Below, piece by piece: positions 18,063 through 27,105 of a DNA stretch of 64,000 nucleotides. The DNA is taken from positions 1,440,001 through 1,504,000 of the forward strand of contig CAWFQK010000004.1 of assembly GCA_963817955.1 (NCBI GenBank). Direction: 5' to 3'. Both the position numbers and the translations under genes were made by a program. Under the pieces are notes generated by a model. The model worked only from the letters and a program-made list of their open reading frames with translations. It searched no databases and was not told where the DNA came from. The stretch is from an uncultured Gemmatimonadaceae bacterium (lineage in GTDB: Bacteria; Gemmatimonadota; Gemmatimonadetes; Gemmatimonadales; Gemmatimonadaceae). The stretch's first letter is position 1. Every line of letters starts with the position of its first letter.

Positions 18063-20095
18063 TCAGTCTCATTGGGCAGAGCGCGCTGCAGGTGGCGCTC
18101 GCGATCTCCGTGCTCGGCATCATCGCGCTGCTCGCCGGCGGCAAGAAGGGGTCGCCGTCGATGCTCAGCGCCGGGTATGCTGCGGTCTACAGCAGCTTCG
18201 CGCTCGTCTGCGTGTCCACGATGGGAATGCTCGTCGCACTCGTCACGCATGACTTCAGCGTATCGTACGTGGCGCAAGTCGGAAGCCGCTCGACGCCGTT
18301 GTTCTTCACGATCATTTCCCTCTGGAGCGCACTCGAAGGCTCAATCCTCTTCTGGGGATTCTTGCTGTTCGGCTGCGCCGCACTCGCCGTACGTCTGCAC
18401 CGTAACGAACCCGGCCAGACCCTGCGCTATGCCGCCGCAACGTTGCTCGCGATCGGCGTGTTCTTTCTCATCCTGCTCATCGGCCCGGCGAATCCGTTCC
18501 ATCTCATCAGCCCGACGCCGGCTGACGGACCGGGTCCCAACCCCCTGTTGCAGAATCACCCGCTGATGGCGGTGCACCCACCGCTCCTCTATCTGGGGTA
18601 CGTCCTGTTTTCGGTGCCCTTCGCCTTGGCGGTCGGCGCCATGGTCTCCGGTGAAGTCGCGACGGATGGCTGGGTGCGCAGCGCGAAAGTGTGGACCGTG
18701 GCGGCGTGGATGTTTCTCTCTGCCGCGATCATTGCAGGCATGTGGTGGTCCTACGAAGTCCTCGGCTGGGGCGGCTATTGGGCGTGGGATCCCGTCGAGA
18801 ACGCGTCGTTCATGCCTTGGCTCACCGCGACCGCTTTTCTGCACTCCATTCTCGTGCAGGAACGACGCAAGATGCTGCGCGTCTGGAACCTCAACCTCAT
18901 CGTGGTGACGTTCGTGCTCACCGTGCTGGGCACGTTCCTTACCCGCAGCGGCATCCTGTCATCGGTGCACGCGTTCACGCAGGGAACCATCGGATACTAC
19001 TTCCTGGCGTTCATCGCGGTCGTGTTGGTGGGTTCGCTGGCACTCGTCGCCGGTTACGCGCCCGAGCTGCGCCAGCGCGGCTCGCTCGAGGACGTAGTCT
19101 CGCGAGAGACAGCATTCCTCTTTGCCAACCTCCTACTCAGCGTCATCACCTTCACGGTGTTGCTCGGCACGTTGTTCCCACTGGTCGCCGAGGCCATGCG
19201 CGGCATCAAGGTGTCCGTTGGAGCACCGTTCTTCAATCGCATGACCCTGCCGGTGATCATGGCCGTCATCTTCCTGCTCGGTGTCGGCCCGGGGCTACCA
19301 TGGCGGCGCACCGATCGGACGAAGCTCCGGGCTCAGATGCGCGGACCCGCCGTCGCAGGCGTGATTGTGGCGGTCATCGCACTCGTGGTGGGAGCGCGCG
19401 ACGTGTACGCAGTCCTCGCGTTCTCGCTCGGCGCGTTCGCTATGGTGACCAATCTTCAGGAATTCTGGATTGGCACGCGAGCGCGCATGCGTGCGCACGG
19501 TGAGCACGCGTTCACCGCGCTCGTTCGACTCACGGCCGCCAACCGACAGCGCTACGGCGGCTACATCGCCCACATCGGCGTGCTGGCCGCGGTCATTGGC
19601 ATCGCTGCGTCTTCCTCGTTCAAGACGGAGCGCGAGATCACGCTGACACCCGGTCAGACAGTGACGGTCGGTGGGCACGTGCTGCGTCTCGATAAGGTGT
19701 GGGGTCGCCAGGACGCCGGTCGCACGTCGATCGGCGCCGACATCTCGCTGTTGAACGATGGTCGTGTGATTGGCCATCTCGAGCCGCAACAACACTTTTT
19801 CGAATCCTCAGAACAACCGATTCCCACGCCGGCAGTCCGCAGCAATGCGCTGCACGACGTGTACGTCAATCTGATGGCCTTCAAGGAAGACGGATCGTCG
19901 GCGACGATTCGTGTGCTCATTGAGCCACTGGTGGCGTGGATCTGGGCGGGCGGTGGAATCGTGTGTCTGGGTGCGCTCGTTGGCTTGTGGCCCCGCAAGA
20001 AGCGGGTAGCACCCGAAGCGGTCGTGGCCCAAGCCCCAGCTCGCGCGGGCAGTCGGGCCAGTGCGGCAAATGTGCCGGCCGAGGTGGCGCCATGA
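18059..20095 (+). CDS. ccmF: Cytochrome c heme lyase CcmF
   Basis: HPPLLYLGY, WSYEVLGWGGYWAWDPVEN, LTRSGILSSVHAF. ATG 18059 overlaps the ccmE stop. Confidence 0.97.
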   Translation: MISLIGQSALQVALAISVLGIIALLAGGKKGSPSMLSAGYAAVYSSFALVCVSTMGMLVALVTHDFSVSYVAQVGSRSTPLFFTIISLWSALEGSILFWGFLLFGCAALAVRLHRNEPGQTLRYAAATLLAIGVFFLILLIGPANPFHLISPTPADGPGPNPLLQNHPLMAVHPPLLYLGYVLFSVPFALAVGAMVSGEVATDGWVRSAKVWTVAAWMFLSAAIIAGMWWSYEVLGWGGYWAWDPVENASFMPWLTATAFLHSILVQERRKMLRVWNLNLIVVTFVLTVLGTFLTRSGILSSVHAFTQGTIGYYFLAFIAVVLVGSLALVAGYAPELRQRGSLEDVVSRETAFLFANLLLSVITFTVLLGTLFPLVAEAMRGIKVSVGAPFFNRMTLPVIMAVIFLLGVGPGLPWRRTDRTKLRAQMRGPAVAGVIVAVIALVVGARDVYAVLAFSLGAFAMVTNLQEFWIGTRARMRAHGEHAFTALVRLTAANRQRYGGYIAHIGVLAAVIGIAASSSFKTEREITLTPGQTVTVGGHVLRLDKVWGRQDAGRTSIGADISLLNDGRVIGHLEPQQHFFESSEQPIPTPAVRSNALHDVYVNLMAFKEDGSSATIRVLIEPLVAWIWAGGGIVCLGALVGLWPRKKRVAPEAVVAQAPARAGSRASAANVPAEVAP

Positions 20096-20688
20096 GATGG
20101 AAACCTGCGGTCGCCGCGGCAGCGTTGGCAATTCCGGCCATCGCGTTGTTCGGTTTCGGTCTGACACGCGACCCTGGGGCGATTCCATCGCCACTTCCCG
20201 GGCGTGCCGCACCAACGTTCGTGCTTCCCGCATTCACGAGCGGCGAGCCGACGGAAACGCATCCCGGAAACATCCCGCAGGTGGACACGGTGCGGCTCGC
20301 CGCGCTGCGTGGGGATGTCGTCGTGCTGAACTTCTATGCATCGTGGTGCCTCGCCTGCCGCGACGAGCACTCGGTGCTCTCTCGAGTGGCGTCGCGGTAT
20401 GTCGGTAGCGACGTGCACTTCAATGGCGTGATCTACAACGACCAACCCGGCGCCGCGTTGCAGTGGCTGAAGGAAATGGGGCCGCTGCCGTATCCATCAC
20501 TTGTCGATCCGGGCTCGCATACGGCAATCGATTACGGTCTGTACGGCGTGCCTGAGACGTTCTTCATCGATCGCAACGGCCAAGTCGCGGATAAGCACGT
20601 TGGTCCGGTAACGGACAGCGTGCTCGTTGCCGAGATCGAGCGCCTGCGTGCGCAGCCGAAAACGGCCGCGAAGGCAGGCGCCCAATGA
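20092..20688 (+). CDS. ccmG: Thiol:disulfide oxidoreductase CcmG/DsbE
   Basis: TM anchor, LNFYASWCLAC, YGVPETFFID. ATG 20092. Confidence 0.93.
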   Translation: MRWKPAVAAAALAIPAIALFGFGLTRDPGAIPSPLPGRAAPTFVLPAFTSGEPTETHPGNIPQVDTVRLAALRGDVVVLNFYASWCLACRDEHSVLSRVASRYVGSDVHFNGVIYNDQPGAALQWLKEMGPLPYPSLVDPGSHTAIDYGLYGVPETFFIDRNGQVADKHVGPVTDSVLVAEIERLRAQPKTAAKAGAQ

Positions 20689-21143
20689 TCAGCGCTCGCC
20701 TGCCTCGCCTGTTCGGCATCCTGGTGACAGTCGCGTTTTCCACGGCCTCCCTCGGCGCGCTGCATGCGCTGCCCGCCCAGCAGCCGCCGCTCGCTCCGGC
20801 CGCCGCCGCGGAATCAACCCTTGATGCGCGCACGCGCGCCGTCGCTTCGGATCTGCGGTGTCCGGTATGCCAAGGACTTTCCATCCAGGACTCGCCATCG
20901 GAACTCGCGCAGCAGATGCGCGATCTGGTGAAGCAGCAACTCGACTCCGGCCGCTCGCCCGCTCAGATCAAGGACTACTTCGTCGGCCGATATGGTGAGT
21001 GGATTCTCATGGCACCGGAAGCGCACGGCTTCAACTGGCTGGTGTATCTCCTTCCATTTCTTGTGCTCGGATTCGGCGGATGGATCTTGTTGGTGGCACT
21101 CCGGCGATGGACGGTGAGCAAGGACGTCGATGCCAATCCGTAG
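20685..21143 (+). CDS. ccmH: Cytochrome c biogenesis protein CcmH
   Basis: LRCPVCQ, YFVGRYGEWIL, C-terminal TM. Confidence 0.95.
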   Translation: MISARLPRLFGILVTVAFSTASLGALHALPAQQPPLAPAAAAESTLDARTRAVASDLRCPVCQGLSIQDSPSELAQQMRDLVKQQLDSGRSPAQIKDYFVGRYGEWILMAPEAHGFNWLVYLLPFLVLGFGGWILLVALRRWTVSKDVDANP

Positions 21144-21174
21144 ACGTTAGCATTGTGGATCGAAGCTGATGTGG

Positions 21175-21206
21175 GAACGGCACACCATCTCGGTGTGCCG
21201 TTCTTT
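21175..21206 (+). terminator. Intrinsic terminator after ccmH
   Basis: Perfect 12-bp stem GAACGGCACACC-ATCTC-GGTGTGCCGTTC followed by TTT. Confidence 0.75.
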
Positions 21207-21212
21207 GCATGC

Positions 21213-21292
21213 ACAGGAAACGAGACATGGGATACGAGACACGGGGCACGGGACACGAGATGCCTGTCGTCCTGAGCGAAGCGAAGGATCTC
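21213..21292. repeat. Heptamer tandem array plus half of a REP-like palindromic element
   Basis: ACAGGAA ACGAGAC ATGGGAT ACGAGAC ACGGGGC ACGGGAC ACGAGAT (21213-21261), then TGTCGTCCTGAGCGAAGCGAAGGATCTC (21265-21292). Confidence 0.7.
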
Positions 21293-21342
21293 TGTGACCG
21301 GCTGGCTTGACGAGGACCTTCGGCAGAATACGCGCGCCCCTG

Positions 21343-21357
21343 TCATGAAACACCTGA
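21343..21357. promoter_or_regulatory. Putative regulator box upstream of the lipoprotein cytochrome
   Basis: TCATG-AAACA-CCTGA. A further GATTC-CCTGA half-site at 21480-21489. Confidence 0.45.
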
Positions 21358-21507
21358 CTGTGTTCGGGCACCGAGCCGACTGGAGACGCGCGAGGGGGGC
21401 GCGATACTGATTCCACACACAGGCGTGTGGGGCAGTTGATGAACCGGCTTGGAACGGTCTGCGCGAGATCCGTGAGACCGATTCCCTGAATCTTGGGAGA
21501 GAGATAT

Positions 21508-22962
21508 ATGTCACGCCGTATTACTCGAGTCGCGCAATTCGGCGCACTCCTCGCTGCGTCGGTCGCGATCGCCGCATGCGTGAATGACAATGTGGTATAT
21601 CGCGACCGGGCGCTGACCGTATCGGCACCACCCGCGGGGGCTGGCTTCGTCGGCTACACCGACACGGCGACCAAGCAGACCGCCTGTGGCAATTGTCACG
21701 TCGAGCAGCAAGCGAAGTGGGCGACCACGAAGCACGCCAGCGCGTGGGCAGACCTGCAGGCCAGCGGCCATTCGAGCAGTGCCTGCGAATCTTGCCATGC
21801 AGTGAGTAACCTGGGCAATGGAGTCGCCGACTCGAACGTCGCGTACGCCGCCACGAAGGACACTCGGTATACCGACGTTCAGTGCGAGAACTGCCACGGT
21901 CCTGGCCAGCAACACGTATCGACTCCGGCTATCACAAACCGGCCGCTCGCGTCGATCCAGGTGGACACGGGGACGAAGGACATCAACGGCTGCGGCCAGT
22001 GCCACACTGGTACGCACGAGCCGTTCGTGGACGAATGGAAGCAGACGTTCGCGCAGGGACACGCGCACCTCGAAGCGCACGCGCTCACGAGCACCGATCC
22101 CACGTGCGTGACCTGTCACACCGGTCAGGGCGCGCTCCTCAAGTTCAACGTCAACACTGCGTATAAGGAGAAGGATCAGATCACGACGAACCCGGTGGCG
22201 ATCACCTGCGCCGTGTGTCACGATCCGCACGCAGCGACAGTCGGCAAACAGCTGCGCTTCGCCATTGACACTCCCGATCCGACGCGGAATCTGTGCATGC
22301 AGTGCCACAATCGCGATTCGGGCCCGAATCCAACCTCATCGCGTGGACCGATGACTCCGGAGACGGCGACGTTGCTCGGTACCGCCGGCTGGTGGCCGCC
22401 GAACCTCACGCTTGTCGACACGTCCGCCATTCTCGCGACGCACGGCTCGAGCTCGAACACCAGATTGTGCGCTACGTGCCACGTGGTCAGAACTGCGGTC
22501 AACGATCCGAAGACTGGCAGCTTCGTATTCCAGGCGACCGGACACAACTTTGCCGCAATTCCCTGCTTGGACGCGAACGGCAAGCCGACGACTGGTGACT
22601 GTGCCATCTCCCAGCGAACCTTCACGGCGTGTGCCGGCAGCGGTTGCCATGCATCGGACGTCGTCGGCCGGTCGCTGTATATCACCGACAGCCTACGCAT
22701 CGCGGCGCTCGAGACGACGCTGAGCGGCCAACTGGGCAAGGCTCCGGCGAGTTCGCTTAACTACACGAGCACCACGCTCACAACGGCTAAGGGTGCGACA
22801 TGGAATCTGCAGGTCGCACAGAAACCAGGCGCATGGATCCACAATCCATTCCTGATTGAGGCGCTCCTCACGGCCTCGATCAAGCAGATGACGCTGGACT
22901 ACGGGATCGCACCGAGCACCAGCATCTCACTCGACAACATTCTGCGTCGGCGGATTCGGTAA
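21508..22962 (+). CDS. Lipoprotein multiheme cytochrome c (8 CxxCH + 1 CX4CH)
   Basis: Lipobox IAAC. Motifs CGNCH, CESCH, CENCH, CGQCH, CVTCH, CAVCH, CMQCH, CATCH and CAGSGCH. C-terminal helical region with WIHNP. ATG 21508 after GGAGA. Confidence 0.92.
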   Translation: MSRRITRVAQFGALLAASVAIAACVNDNVVYRDRALTVSAPPAGAGFVGYTDTATKQTACGNCHVEQQAKWATTKHASAWADLQASGHSSSACESCHAVSNLGNGVADSNVAYAATKDTRYTDVQCENCHGPGQQHVSTPAITNRPLASIQVDTGTKDINGCGQCHTGTHEPFVDEWKQTFAQGHAHLEAHALTSTDPTCVTCHTGQGALLKFNVNTAYKEKDQITTNPVAITCAVCHDPHAATVGKQLRFAIDTPDPTRNLCMQCHNRDSGPNPTSSRGPMTPETATLLGTAGWWPPNLTLVDTSAILATHGSSSNTRLCATCHVVRTAVNDPKTGSFVFQATGHNFAAIPCLDANGKPTTGDCAISQRTFTACAGSGCHASDVVGRSLYITDSLRIAALETTLSGQLGKAPASSLNYTSTTLTTAKGATWNLQVAQKPGAWIHNPFLIEALLTASIKQMTLDYGIAPSTSISLDNILRRRIR

Positions 22963-22992
22963 CCGACGGGCGGTAGGTTGGATCAGCACGGG

Positions 22993-23037
22993 ACGTACGC
23001 GGGCCGGAGGTTACCAAACCTTCGGCCCGTGGTACGT
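22993..23037 (+). terminator. Strong hairpin after the lipoprotein cytochrome gene
   Basis: GCGGGCCGGAGGTT-ACCA-AACCTTCGGCCCGT (two G-U pairs), extended by ACGTAC/GTACGT. No U-tract, so it may be an mRNA-stabilising stem. Confidence 0.45.
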
Positions 23038-23350
23038 AGAGGACCGTTGGATGGCATACGCCGTTCGCGACAACCCCAGCCCGTGTGTGTCCGTCCGATG
23101 CCGATGGCCACCGTCCGTGATCCCGCACACGCCGCACAGAGTTCTCCGATGACGTCGCGCACCCACACGGTGTTATGTACATCTGCGAATATGGCGGGCG
23201 CTACTCTGGCGCCCACGCGCGACGGTCCCGCAGCCATTACAAGGCGACCGCCATCAGCGCGTTCCCTTTGCACCTGGCGGTCAGGTGATCGTGACACGAT
23301 ATATTGCGCGGGCACGCTCGATAGGCGCTGATCTTTGGGCCGCCTCGGCG

Positions 23351-24718
23351 ATGCTGGCATTCATCTTCGCGCTGCTCGCGGCGGCCGCGCCATTGTGGGC
23401 GCAGGGGCCGCGGCTGGTAGCATCACGCGGCGGCGTGCAGTGCCAGAAGTGCCACGCCAACCATGAGTTTCTGGTGGGCAAAGCAAGAACGGAGCGAGGC
23501 GACTCGGCGCTGTATGTGCCAGACACGCTCCTGCGCGACTCGCGCCATGCAAAACTCAGTTGCGCCGACTGCCACCCTGGCTATGACAAAGGGTATCCGC
23601 ACAACGCGACTGTCGTGGCCGTGCCCTGTCAAAGCTGCCACGAGAAGGAAGGCCTGGCATGGGCACGCTCGATCCATGCGCCGAACGCCAAGACTGTCGG
23701 CGACGCTCCGACGTGCGTGAGTTGCCACACGCAGCACCACGTGCTCGGCGTCGAGGACCCTCGCTCGCCCACGTACGCGCTGAACGTGGCCAAGACGTGC
23801 GGAAAGTGCCACAGTGACCGCCGAATCATCGGCACGTACTTCACGAAGGCGAAGGATGCGCAGGCGCGAACGGCAGTGGCGGAGTACTACAAGACGGTTC
23901 ATGGCATAGCGAGCACCAAGTCCGGCCTGGTGGTATCTGCGACGTGCAACGACTGTCATGACGCACATCTCATCCTTCCGCCCGATTCGTCCGAGTCCAC
24001 CATCAATCGCGCGCACGTGGCGGCAACGTGCGGCGCGTGCCACGCCGGTGTGCTCGCAACCTTCGACTCGTCTTCGCATGGGCGGGCGTTCGCCTCGGGC
24101 AAGAAGACCAACACCGGTCACGCGGCGCCGGTGTGCATCGACTGCCACGCTGGACACAAGATCGTGGCCGCTCGCGACTCGGTGTGGTTTCGGGGCGTAG
24201 TGGCCGAGTGCGGCTCATGTCACGAACGACTGACCAAGACTTACTTCGAGACATACCACGGCCAGGTGACTGAGCTTGGCTTTGGGCTCACGGCCAAGTG
24301 CAGTGATTGCCATACCGCGCACTCAATGCTCCCACCCACCGATCCACGGTCGTCGGTGAACGCGGCCAACCTCGTAGCGACGTGCAGCAAGTGCCACGCG
24401 GGCGCGAATGCCAAGTTCGTGCAGTACATGCCGCACGGCGATCCACAGAATCGCGCGAAGAACCCCGGGCTGTTCTGGGTCTGGTTGTTCATGACGTCGC
24501 TCCTGGTGGGAGTATTCTCGTTCTTCGGCCTCCACACATTCCTGTGGCTGATGCGCCTGACATTGGATCGGCTGCACGGGGGCGGTGCGGCCAAGCCTCC
24601 GGTAGCAGAGCCCGTGACGGAGAGTGGTGAGGAGCATGCCGGTGTTCGCGCACCAGAAACAACAATCGCCGGCACGAGGCGCGAGCCTATCGGGCCCGGA
24701 ACTCGGGAGAAGCAATGA
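23351..24718 (+). CDS. 11-heme periplasmic cytochrome c with C-terminal TM (CbcL-like c domain)
   Basis: Signal peptide APLWA-Q, 11 CxxCH, end CSKCHAGANAKFVQYMPH...FMTSLLVGVFSFFGLHTFLW resembles the CbcL junction. Start may be GTG 23285. Confidence 0.9.
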   Translation: MLAFIFALLAAAAPLWAQGPRLVASRGGVQCQKCHANHEFLVGKARTERGDSALYVPDTLLRDSRHAKLSCADCHPGYDKGYPHNATVVAVPCQSCHEKEGLAWARSIHAPNAKTVGDAPTCVSCHTQHHVLGVEDPRSPTYALNVAKTCGKCHSDRRIIGTYFTKAKDAQARTAVAEYYKTVHGIASTKSGLVVSATCNDCHDAHLILPPDSSESTINRAHVAATCGACHAGVLATFDSSSHGRAFASGKKTNTGHAAPVCIDCHAGHKIVAARDSVWFRGVVAECGSCHERLTKTYFETYHGQVTELGFGLTAKCSDCHTAHSMLPPTDPRSSVNAANLVATCSKCHAGANAKFVQYMPHGDPQNRAKNPGLFWVWLFMTSLLVGVFSFFGLHTFLWLMRLTLDRLHGGGAAKPPVAEPVTESGEEHAGVRAPETTIAGTRREPIGPGTREKQ

Positions 24719-25626
24719 GCAACGAGCCGTTCGTTACGGCGGCGACGGCGATTCCCGTCTCCGTGAGAGGTACCGAGGCCAAACCACTGGCTGTATCCGA
24801 CCAGGGCGCTGGGCCGTACATCCGCCGCTTCGGAGCGGTGGAGCGTACGACGCATGCGCTCGTGATGGTCTCGTTCTTCGGCCTCGTAATCACGGGCGTG
24901 CCCCTGCGCTTCGCATCTGCGCCCTGGGCCGTACCGCTCATGCAGTTCCTGGGGGGCGCAGCCGCAGCAGCGGTTCTGCACCGGTTTTGCGCCGTGATCA
25001 CGTTCGGTTACTTCGGGCTGCATCTGGGCATGGTCGTCAAGAATTTCATGCGCGCCGAGAGCAAGTTGTCGATCTTCTGGGGCCCTCGCTCAATGGTGCC
25101 GCAGCCGAAGGACATTCGAGACGTCATCGGCATGTTCCGCTGGTTCATCCGCGGCGGAGTCCGTCCGAAGTTCGACCGCTACAGTTACATGGAAAAGTTC
25201 GACTATTGGGCCGTGTTCTGGGGTGTCGGAATCATCGGCGGTTCAGGCCTGCTGCTCTGGTTCCCGACATTCTTCTCGCATGTTCTGCCCGGGTGGGCGT
25301 TCAACGTTGCGACGATCGTTCACGGCGACGAAGCACTGCTCGCGCTTGGCTTCATCTTCACGATCCATTTCTTCAACGTTCACTTCCGACCCGAGAAATT
25401 CCCGATCGACCTGGTGATCTTTACCGGCCGCGCACGGGCGGAGTACTTCGAGGAAGAGCATCCGCTGGAATACGAGCGAGAACTGCACTCCGGCCGGTTG
25501 GCCGCATTGCAGACATCGGCCCCATCGCGATCGACGTACCTCTGGTCGATGGCGTTCGGATTCGCGGCCCTTGCGCTGGGCGTGTTCCTGGTTGGCCTGG
25601 TCATCTACGCAGTGTTGAGAGGATGA
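24715..25626 (+). CDS. Di-heme cytochrome b (FdnI/HydC-type; CbcL-like b domain)
   Basis: THALVMVSF, LHRFCA, YMEKFDYWAVFWG, IVHGDEALLALGFIFTIHFFNVHFRPEKFPID. Own RBS and ATGA overlap. Confidence 0.92.
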   Translation: MSNEPFVTAATAIPVSVRGTEAKPLAVSDQGAGPYIRRFGAVERTTHALVMVSFFGLVITGVPLRFASAPWAVPLMQFLGGAAAAAVLHRFCAVITFGYFGLHLGMVVKNFMRAESKLSIFWGPRSMVPQPKDIRDVIGMFRWFIRGGVRPKFDRYSYMEKFDYWAVFWGVGIIGGSGLLLWFPTFFSHVLPGWAFNVATIVHGDEALLALGFIFTIHFFNVHFRPEKFPIDLVIFTGRARAEYFEEEHPLEYERELHSGRLAALQTSAPSRSTYLWSMAFGFAALALGVFLVGLVIYAVLRG

Positions 25627-27095
25627 ACGCGTTTCGGCGCGGCGTAGCCGGCGGCCTGTTCGTCAGGCTCGCCCGCGCCGTTGCCGTCGGCTTGCTCGTT
25701 GGCATCAGCGGAAGCGCACTCACGAGCTGTTCTTCCAGCGCGCCGCCGCCTCGAGCGACGCGCGACACCACGGCGCATGTCGCAGTGTTGCAGGGCAGCG
25801 ACCGGGACGCGCCCACGCGTGTGCTGAGCACCGAATGTACGGATTGCCATCCGCATACGCATGACGCCGTGCTCGGCCGCGGCCCGTCAGCATCAGCACG
25901 GTGTGGCGCGTGCCACGCGTCCGTCCACGACACGATCCAGGCGCTGTACGCTGGCCTGACGCGCCGCGCCGCAGTGCGGCCCGATCCCATGTTCGTGGCG
26001 CGCGTTCAGTGCGCCGAGTGCCATTCTGATACGACGCTGGCCATGCGTGCCGGCGCCGCGCGACTGGCAGCCGTCGATCGCGCGTGTACGAGCTGTCACG
26101 GCCCCAAGTTCGTGGGCATGCTCCCGCGATGGAGCACGGGAATGCAGTGGCGTACCCGCGCCGTATCGGAATACGTGAATCGTGCTGCGGCCGACCCGCG
26201 GCTCACCACGGCCCCATCTGCCCGCGCACGCATCCAGGCTGCGAAACAGACAGTGATCCTGGTGACGACCGCCGGCGCTCTGCACAACGTGCGCGGTGCC
26301 GATGCCCTGCTCCGTAGCGCACTCGATAGCGCAGCGGCCGCGTACACCGGCCCCGGCCTGGCCGTGCCGGAGCGTCCGACGCTCGGTCCCGATCCCGCAC
26401 GCGTCTCGTGTGTCGGGTGCCACTATGGCATAGAGGGCGCTCGCGATTCTGTGTTCGGTCAGCCCTTCGATCACAGTGCGCATGTGTTGCGTGGCAACGT
26501 GGCATGCAATGCATGCCATAGCGCTGTCGACTATATCGTGCCCGGCAAGCACGAGGTGGACAAACGACACGGCAGGACGATGGTCACGCCTGCGTCGTGC
26601 AACGCATGCCACCACAATGCGACGTCCGCCGTGGCGTGCAGCACGTGTCACGCGGGCGATGCGCGGCTCGCACGCGCAATCCGCGTGGCAATGCCGCTGC
26701 GCCTCCGCCCGCCGAACGCGCCGACGTCTCGCGACGTGGCGTTCGAGCATCGTGACCATGCGAAGGTAGAGTGCGCGAGCTGCCATACCGCGCGCACGGC
26801 GGTGCGCACCACCGCGGCGTGCGCGACCTGTCATCAGACCCATCATGTCGCGGTAGCGCAGTGCATGAAGTGCCATGGGTCGGACATGCACGCGGCGCAC
26901 AAGGCTGCGGACCACCTGGCGTGCACCAATTGCCACGCCCGCGAGACCCTGGCACTGCTCACCCCCGACCGCAGCTTCTGCGTGAGCTGCCACGCGGATC
27001 GCGCCGCACACAAGGGCGGCCGCGAGTGCTCGGCGTGTCACATGCAAAGCACGCCGTCAGAGCTGCGCAAGAGAATTCTCAGCGGAACGCGCTGA
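25623..27095 (+). CDS. Lipoprotein 14-heme cytochrome c
   Basis: ATG 25623 overlaps the cytochrome b stop. Lipobox LTSC, 14 CxxCH, internal helical segment with GALHN. Confidence 0.92.
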   Translation: MNAFRRGVAGGLFVRLARAVAVGLLVGISGSALTSCSSSAPPPRATRDTTAHVAVLQGSDRDAPTRVLSTECTDCHPHTHDAVLGRGPSASARCGACHASVHDTIQALYAGLTRRAAVRPDPMFVARVQCAECHSDTTLAMRAGAARLAAVDRACTSCHGPKFVGMLPRWSTGMQWRTRAVSEYVNRAAADPRLTTAPSARARIQAAKQTVILVTTAGALHNVRGADALLRSALDSAAAAYTGPGLAVPERPTLGPDPARVSCVGCHYGIEGARDSVFGQPFDHSAHVLRGNVACNACHSAVDYIVPGKHEVDKRHGRTMVTPASCNACHHNATSAVACSTCHAGDARLARAIRVAMPLRLRPPNAPTSRDVAFEHRDHAKVECASCHTARTAVRTTAACATCHQTHHVAVAQCMKCHGSDMHAAHKAADHLACTNCHARETLALLTPDRSFCVSCHADRAAHKGGRECSACHMQSTPSELRKRILSGTR

Positions 27096-27105
27096 TCGCG
27101 GGCAC

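Noticed and set aside
21213..21292. Possible CRISPR array
   Set aside because: 7-bp tandem units with no unique spacers, and no cas genes in the window.
22963..23350. Short ORFs or a riboswitch in the intergenic gap
   Set aside because: No RBS-supported coding signal and no recognisable riboswitch consensus by eye. An Rfam search would be needed to exclude one.
24690..24730. Frameshifted CbcL pseudogene
   Set aside because: The second half has a GGGAGA RBS and an ATGA overlap, and both halves are intact. A true two-gene arrangement is more likely.
24624..25622. Long N-terminal extensions in the ORF track (823-aa ORF; also for ccmF, hyaB, ntpA, ntpF, ntpK, hypD, hypE)
   Set aside because: They overlap upstream genes in another frame. 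Stop-start overlaps and RBSs mark the shorter true starts.
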